A stretch of DNA of 64,000 nucleotides from Ruminococcus sp. Lineage in GTDB: Bacteria; Bacillota; Clostridia; Lachnospirales; Lachnospiraceae. The notes below the pieces were generated by a model. That model worked only from the letters and a program-made list of their open reading frames with translations, was not told where the DNA came from and did no database searches. Location: positions 21,123 to 85,122 of the forward strand of contig JACERV010000012.1 in assembly GCA_013911065.1 (NCBI GenBank), read 5' to 3'. Position numbers and translations under genes: made by a program. Positions 58,753 through 64,000 of the stretch are shown in pieces (position 1 is the first letter of the stretch; each line of letters opens with the position of its first letter).

Positions 58753-60567
58753 ATGAACCGTAAAATAAAAATTTTGGGCATTGCCCCTTATGAAGGGCTA
58801 AAAGTACTAATGGAACAGGCGGCTTCCAAGAGAGAGGATATCCAGCTTACTGCAGTAAGGGGCAATCTGGAAGAGGGAAAAAGGATTGTACAGGCTATGG
58901 GCCATGAATACCATATCATTCTGTCACGTGCTAATACTGCTGACCTAATCAGAAGTGTTACCCATCTTCCTGTTATTGACATTGGAATCTCCTATTATGA
59001 TGTACTCCATTGCATCAGGCAGGCAAAAGCAACGGGAAATCCATTTGCCATTATAGGTTTTCATGGGCTGACTTCCATTGCAAAATCACTTTGCGAACTT
59101 ATGGAATACTCCATTGAAATTATCTCCATCCATTCTGCGGATAACGTAAAAGAGCTGTTAAGGGATGTAAAGGAAAGAGGATATGACACCATCATATGCG
59201 ATACGGTTTCATATCCTTATGCAAAACTTATGGGAATCACTCCCATCCTTCTGACTACAGGCATTGAGAACCTCAATGCTGCCATTGACAATGCGGTGAA
59301 GCATTATAGAAATGAAGCACAATATCTGGACCAGATTTCGATTCTGAAAAAGACCATTTCCAGTACGGAAACGTATACGGTTATCTTTGATACGGAAAAA
59401 AAGCTTTTATTTTCGTTCAATGCACAGCCTGACTCTGAGTCTATTCTTCAGAAAATATACAAAACAATAGACGCTTCTCCTTGTGTAAATGCTGATTTTT
59501 TTGTCAATACAAAAGGGACTGTTTATTCCGTTCACTGCCGATATCATGAAGAAGAAAAAACTTCTTTCTATATCTGTCATATCAGCACAACCGGAATTCC
59601 GCTGACTTATTCAAAATATGGCATCAAAATCTTAAACCGGATCCAGGCAGAGGAATTTTACAGCACCAGCTTTTACAGTATTACAAATGCTTCCAAAGAG
59701 TTGCGGCACAAACTTATTCAGATAAATGAAACAAATACTCCTGTTATGATTACAGGGGAAATAGGCACAGGAAAAGACAAGGCAGCCATGCTTTTATACT
59801 CCAAAGGACCAGCTAAAAATAATCCTATGTTTACCATAGATTGCTCTCTTTTAAATGGAAGGAATTGGAATTACCTGGTTTCCAATTATAATTCACCTTT
59901 TATGGAGAATAAAAACACCATATATATAAGCAATATAGAAAGCCTGGATGAGGCCAAACAGCACCAGCTATTATCCATTATGACCGATACAAACCTTCAT
60001 CTGCGAAACAGGCTTATTTTATCCTGCTCCAGCGGACACGGGCAGCCTATTCCCCACATTGCCATGCGGTTTATGAATTTGCTTAAATGTTATGTACTCC
60101 ATATGCCGGCTCTGCGGGAACAGGCTGAGGACATCCCCGCCTCTGCAACCTTATATCTAAACACCCTCAACCAGCAATTAGGAAAACAGGTAGCAAGCAT
60201 TCAGCCTCAGTCCATGGAGCTTCTTTTAGACTACGATTGGCCCTTTAATATAACACAGTTTCAAAGAGTATTGAAAGAAATCGTCACCTTAACTGATACA
60301 AGCCATGTAACCCCGGAAATTATCAGCCAGGTTCTGGAACAGGAATCTAAATTCATTATTTCGAAAGACCTTGACAATGATGCCCTTACGGATGGGCAGG
60401 GAGCTGAAAGTATAAGCCCTGTGAACTTAAATCAGCCGCTGTATTTAATTATAAAAGACATTGTAGAATACACCCTGGATAAATGCAAAGGAAACCAGAG
60501 TGCTGCTGCAAAAAAGCTTGGTATCGGAAGGACCACCTTGTGGCGTCATTTAAACAGCGATAAGTGA
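58753..60567 (+). CDS. PrpR-N-type / degenerate sigma-54-activator-like transcriptional regulator with a Fis-type HTH
   Basis: Central AAA+ remnant: Walker A is GEIGTGKD, but Walker B is IYISNI (no D-E) and there is no GAFTGA loop. ALREQAEDIP and WPFNITQFQ echo EBP motifs. C-terminal HTH is AAAKKLGIGRTTLWRHL. Start set at the ATG at 58753, which follows GGAGAA. Confidence 0.7.
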   Translation: MNRKIKILGIAPYEGLKVLMEQAASKREDIQLTAVRGNLEEGKRIVQAMGHEYHIILSRANTADLIRSVTHLPVIDIGISYYDVLHCIRQAKATGNPFAIIGFHGLTSIAKSLCELMEYSIEIISIHSADNVKELLRDVKERGYDTIICDTVSYPYAKLMGITPILLTTGIENLNAAIDNAVKHYRNEAQYLDQISILKKTISSTETYTVIFDTEKKLLFSFNAQPDSESILQKIYKTIDASPCVNADFFVNTKGTVYSVHCRYHEEEKTSFYICHISTTGIPLTYSKYGIKILNRIQAEEFYSTSFYSITNASKELRHKLIQINETNTPVMITGEIGTGKDKAAMLLYSKGPAKNNPMFTIDCSLLNGRNWNYLVSNYNSPFMENKNTIYISNIESLDEAKQHQLLSIMTDTNLHLRNRLILSCSSGHGQPIPHIAMRFMNLLKCYVLHMPALREQAEDIPASATLYLNTLNQQLGKQVASIQPQSMELLLDYDWPFNITQFQRVLKEIVTLTDTSHVTPEIISQVLEQESKFIISKDLDNDALTDGQGAESISPVNLNQPLYLIIKDIVEYTLDKCKGNQSAAAKKLGIGRTTLWRHLNSDK

Positions 60568-60594
60568 GAGTGAAGAAAACTTCCGCAGACTCTA

Positions 60595-61743
60595 TTATAG
60601 TGCTTTTTTATAAAGAGCAATCATATCTTTCAGCGTTGTCTGCCTCGGATTTGCCTTTACGTTAACTGTCTTCATAGCATCTTGTGCCATAGCTTCAATC
60701 TTATCCTCTGTAACACCTACTTCAGATAAAGATGCGGGGATTCCCATATCCGCATTCAACTTTTTAATTTCGTCCACCAGCATCTGCGGCTTAAAGTCAA
60801 CTGCCGGATCTTTTTTACTACAAATATAATTGTACATTTTTTCATATCTTCCCTTATCAGCAAGTGCATTGTATTCTACAACTGTAGGAAGGATAACAGC
60901 ATTTGCCACACCATGTGGTACGTGGAAGTAAGCACTTACCGGATGGCTCATGGCATGGACATTTCCAAGCTTTGCCCATGCAAATGAAATACCTGCAAAG
61001 GTACTCCCCGTCATCATGGCACAGGCTGCCTCCTGGTTCTGACGGTTCGCAACAAACTGGCGGATATTTCCTCCAATCAATTCCATTGCCTTCTCAGCCA
61101 TTGCATCAGAAAACGGAGATGCAAACACTGATACATATGCCTCCATTGCATGAATCAATGCATCAATCCCGCAGGATGCAGCGATTGAAGCCGGAGCAGT
61201 CATAATAAGTTCCGGATCAAGAATTGCATATTTGGGAAGGATTTCATAACTTATAACTGACAATTTATAATTTCTTTCTTCATCTGTAATTACAGCAGAG
61301 GCAGTTACCTCACTGCCGGTTCCTGCAGTAGTAGGAATGGCAATCATAGGAACAATCGGTCCCGGAACTTTCGCAAGACCTTCATAATCTGTAATTTTTC
61401 CACCATAATTTATAAGAACACCTGCCGCTTTTGCAACATCCATTGAGCTCCCGCCGCCAAGAGCAACAACACTTGTTGAACCGCTTTCCTTATACGCTTT
61501 TGCTGCCTCGCCCACAACATCAATCGTAGGATTCGGGATTACATCCAAAAATACTGTACATGTAATTCCGCCCTCTTCTATGATATCCTGAATTTTTTTT
61601 ACTACTCCGATACTCTCAAGACCGCGGTCTGAAATTAAGAGTACATGATCTGAATTGTTCTCTTTTAAAATTGCCGGAAGTTTTTTCAGGCTTCCCACTC
61701 CAAATTCGATATTTTGAGGTATTTTAAAACTAAAGTTGTCCAT
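60595..61743 (-). CDS. Iron-containing (group III) alcohol dehydrogenase
   Basis: GGGSSMDVAK NAD-binding motif and His-rich metal site (HAMSH, HVPHG). Confidence 0.9.
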   Translation of the reverse strand: MDNFSFKIPQNIEFGVGSLKKLPAILKENNSDHVLLISDRGLESIGVVKKIQDIIEEGGITCTVFLDVIPNPTIDVVGEAAKAYKESGSTSVVALGGGSSMDVAKAAGVLINYGGKITDYEGLAKVPGPIVPMIAIPTTAGTGSEVTASAVITDEERNYKLSVISYEILPKYAILDPELIMTAPASIAASCGIDALIHAMEAYVSVFASPFSDAMAEKAMELIGGNIRQFVANRQNQEAACAMMTGSTFAGISFAWAKLGNVHAMSHPVSAYFHVPHGVANAVILPTVVEYNALADKGRYEKMYNYICSKKDPAVDFKPQMLVDEIKKLNADMGIPASLSEVGVTEDKIEAMAQDAMKTVNVKANPRQTTLKDMIALYKKAL

Positions 61744-61775
61744 TATTTTCTCCTTCTATCATCTTGTTATTTATT

Positions 61776-62561
61776 TTATAAAACTGCCATAACATTTGTA
61801 ATCAGCATATTTGCACCAATGAATAATAATACACAGTATACGATACGAAGAAATGTCTCCTTATTGATCTTCTTCAGGAATGCCATTCCAAGGAAGAATC
61901 CGACTGCTGCACAAGGCAGGCCTACTAACAGTGCTCCTCCAAGATATCCATTCCAGGCTCCGTTTCTAAACTGAACAATTGCATTCCAAGTATTCAGAAT
62001 TACCCATACCATATTCATAGTGTTACGAAACTGTTCTTTTTCCTTTACCGCTTCAATTGTATATACTGTAATCAGAGGTCCGCCGATGTTAAAGGCACCA
62101 TGTACTATTCCCCCTAAAATCAGACATCCATAACGGAACACTTTCTTTCCCATTGTATCCTGAGTATCATTATCTACAGGTTTTTTCAGCACCAGTGGAT
62201 TGATAATATGTTTGACAATGTTCATCAATGCAATCAACGTTACCATCGCGCCGATTAAAATTTTTGCAATTGATTCTGAAATCGCATAGAACAGATAATT
62301 TCCGACCAGAATACCAGGCGCACATAAACAGATAATCTTTAACAGATCTTTCCATGAAACTGCTTTCCGGGCTTTTACCCCCAGAAAATATAAAAATGGA
62401 AGTGTGATTAATGTACCATACGGTACACCTACTGTAGTTCCAAGTATCCCGTTTGTAACAGAGGCTGCGATAACTGTACAGCCAAATCCTGTGCATCCCT
62501 GTACAAAGAAACCAACAATTTGCATCAATCCAACTAATATAAAATCAAATTCAAAAACCAT
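61776..62561 (-). CDS. TauE/SafE (TSUP)-family anion exporter
   Basis: 261 aa, about 8 TM helices, duplicated 4-TM halves with Gly-rich motifs. Confidence 0.75.
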   Translation of the reverse strand: MVFEFDFILVGLMQIVGFFVQGCTGFGCTVIAASVTNGILGTTVGVPYGTLITLPFLYFLGVKARKAVSWKDLLKIICLCAPGILVGNYLFYAISESIAKILIGAMVTLIALMNIVKHIINPLVLKKPVDNDTQDTMGKKVFRYGCLILGGIVHGAFNIGGPLITVYTIEAVKEKEQFRNTMNMVWVILNTWNAIVQFRNGAWNGYLGGALLVGLPCAAVGFFLGMAFLKKINKETFLRIVYCVLLFIGANMLITNVMAVL

Positions 62562-62587
62562 GTTATTCCTCCTAGTTTCTCATTCCT

Positions 62588-62643
62588 TCTGACTTACCGA
62601 AACATTTTTTAAGTCAGACAGCATATATCGGTGCCGTCTGACT
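62588..62643 (-). promoter_or_regulatory. Mutually exclusive hairpins in the GRE-TauE intergenic region
   Basis: Segment taagtcagac (62610-62619) can pair with tctgactta (62588-96). Extended as agtcagacagca, it can instead pair with tgccgtctgact (62632-43). Confidence 0.45.
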
Positions 62644-62685
62644 CACTCTCAGAATTTCCGCTCAAGTATAATCAATATGTTTTAA

Positions 62686-64000
62686 TTAGAAATGAAGTTC
62701 TGTACGCTGAATCAAGTCCTTCTGCAGCGGTTTGCCAAGCTCTACAAAGTATGCACTATATCCGGCAACACGTACCAGCATATCTTTATAATCTTCCGGC
62801 TTCTTCTGAGCCGCTCTCATTGTCTCTGCACTCATGATGTTAAACTGTACGTGCATTGCATTCTTGTTCATATACTCATCAATAAAACTGATCAAAGTAT
62901 CTCTTCCCTCTGTTCCCGCAACTGCTTCCTGTGGAAATCTTAAGTTCATGAGCGTACCGTTTGAAGCAAGACTGTGATCCACTTTTGTCAGTGAATTTAC
63001 AAGTGCTGTAGGGCCGCTGATGTCATGTGAACTGTAATCTGTGTGAACTGGCCCCATGTTATCGGAAATTGCTTCACCTTTTTTACGTCCGTCTGCGGAT
63101 GCATTTGTGTTCATTCCCATTGCAACGTTGGCATTTACAGAATATACACCTGGATTAAACTGTCCTCCACGTGGAGTTACTCTTCCTGCAATATTCTTGC
63201 AGTAGCATTCAAACATAAATTTAAATAATTCATCTGCGTAATCATCATCATTGCCATAGTGATGAACTTTTGAACTATTGACCAGAGCATACAGCTTCTC
63301 ATGTCCTTCCCAGTTATCCCTTAAAGCCTGTAATAATTCAGCTCCTGTGCAAACCTTCTCGTCGAATACAAGCTGTTTGATGGTACACAGGATATCTGTG
63401 CAGGTTGCCATACCACTTGCCTGTGGTCCGATACCATTGTACTTAGCTCCGCCTTCTGTAAGGTCATGTCCGGACTCCAGACAATCCCTGTAGAATGCAG
63501 ATACATATGGAAGAGGCTTCTTTGCTCTGTGTGCATTATCAATGACGCACAGGGAACTGCACATCTGATCTGTCCAGTATTCAAACTGTTTATCAACACT
63601 TTCCAACACCTCATCAAAGCTCTTGTAGGTATCAAGACTTCCTGTATCTGGTCCCAACTGTTTGCCGGTGTTCATACTGCGCCCGCCGTTTACAACCATT
63701 TCCATCATCTTTGGTGTATTTACATAGGCTGCATCATGCCATCCGTATTCTTTGCCTGGAAGGTCAATTTCTACACAACCCACTACACAATAGTCTCTTG
63801 CTTCTTCCAATGGCATGCCTTTTCTCATCATTCCCTTAATGGCAGGGGCATCATTGAAAAGTTTTGGGTGACCATATCCGGCACGTATACACTCTACTGC
63901 TTTTACTCTCAGCTCATATGGAGTGTTTTCATGCATACGTACACATACCCAGGGATTCATCATACGTGTATGGGCAGAAGCCTCTAACATCAACATGGTC
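62686..64000 (-). CDS. Glycyl radical enzyme, 1,2-eliminase class (C-terminal ~437 aa; N-terminus lies beyond the window)
   Basis: C-terminal glycyl-radical motif RVAGYSAYFVEL and the thiyl-loop GCVE in VVGCVEIDLPG. The frame stays open to position 64000. Confidence 0.88.
   Translation of the reverse strand, partial: TMLMLEASAHTRMMNPWVCVRMHENTPYELRVKAVECIRAGYGHPKLFNDAPAIKGMMRKGMPLEEARDYCVVGCVEIDLPGKEYGWHDAAYVNTPKMMEMVVNGGRSMNTGKQLGPDTGSLDTYKSFDEVLESVDKQFEYWTDQMCSSLCVIDNAHRAKKPLPYVSAFYRDCLESGHDLTEGGAKYNGIGPQASGMATCTDILCTIKQLVFDEKVCTGAELLQALRDNWEGHEKLYALVNSSKVHHYGNDDDYADELFKFMFECYCKNIAGRVTPRGGQFNPGVYSVNANVAMGMNTNASADGRKKGEAISDNMGPVHTDYSSHDISGPTALVNSLTKVDHSLASNGTLMNLRFPQEAVAGTEGRDTLISFIDEYMNKNAMHVQFNIMSAETMRAAQKKPEDYKDMLVRVAGYSAYFVELGKPLQKDLIQRTELHF

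Noticed and set aside
63466-63987. 173-aa plus-strand ORF
   Set aside because: It is antisense to the glycyl radical enzyme gene, which has unambiguous motifs.
1-64000. Search for rRNA, tRNA, CRISPR arrays, transposases, integrases, phage genes and toxin-antitoxin or defence systems
   Set aside because: No direct-repeat/spacer array, no tRNA-like cloverleaf candidates in the intergenic regions I read, and no ORF with recombinase, transposase, phage or defence-type motifs. The window looks like stable chromosome.

Overview
This is a 64-kb chromosomal window from a moderate-GC Firmicute. Gene content looks like a gut Clostridia/Lachnospiraceae-type genome, but that is inference only. About 56 protein-coding genes are supportable, most on the minus strand. 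I saw no rRNA, tRNA, CRISPR array, transposase, integrase or prophage genes. Region 1-13 kb is housekeeping: class A PBP, glcK, hprK, uvrC, ftsH, DUF1846 and pyrG. Region 13-36 kb holds envelope, transport and accessory genes: ZupT, a PAP2 phosphatase, an M23 peptidase, a TudS-like protein with its own ECF importer, a PHP phosphoesterase with a GT4 glycosyltransferase, a DUF5685/J-domain/membrane-protein operon, DedA, a small [FeFe]-hydrogenase, a KimA-like permease and a GGDEF-EAL protein. Region 36-43 kb is a siderophore-type ABC importer translationally coupled to an exporter-fold ABC protein. Region 44-64 kb is an organic-acid catabolic island with four parts: split aconitase X; a D-threonate-type kinase/PdxA2/KdgT cluster with a DeoR regulator; a LarA-homologue/glycerate kinase/KdgT cluster next to a degenerate sigma-54-activator-like regulator; and a glycyl-radical eliminase with a TauE exporter and an Fe-ADH. 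The best candidates for undescribed biology are listed here. (1) The TudS-like/dedicated ECF locus, including a nested perfect inverted-repeat element inside the operon. (2) The DUF5685/Cys-rich J-protein/membrane operon, followed by a 280-nt structured leader and the GT4-PHP pair. (3) A recurring 10-7-10 palindrome (TTATTGAAC-N7-GTTCAATAA) at several minus-strand gene boundaries. (4) The LarA-homologue/glycerate kinase cluster with its degenerate enhancer-binding-type regulator and GTTTCA..TGAAAC boxes. (5) The GRE/TauE/Fe-ADH cluster, possibly for sulfonate processing. All family calls rest on motifs I recognised by eye in the supplied translations. No database search was run.
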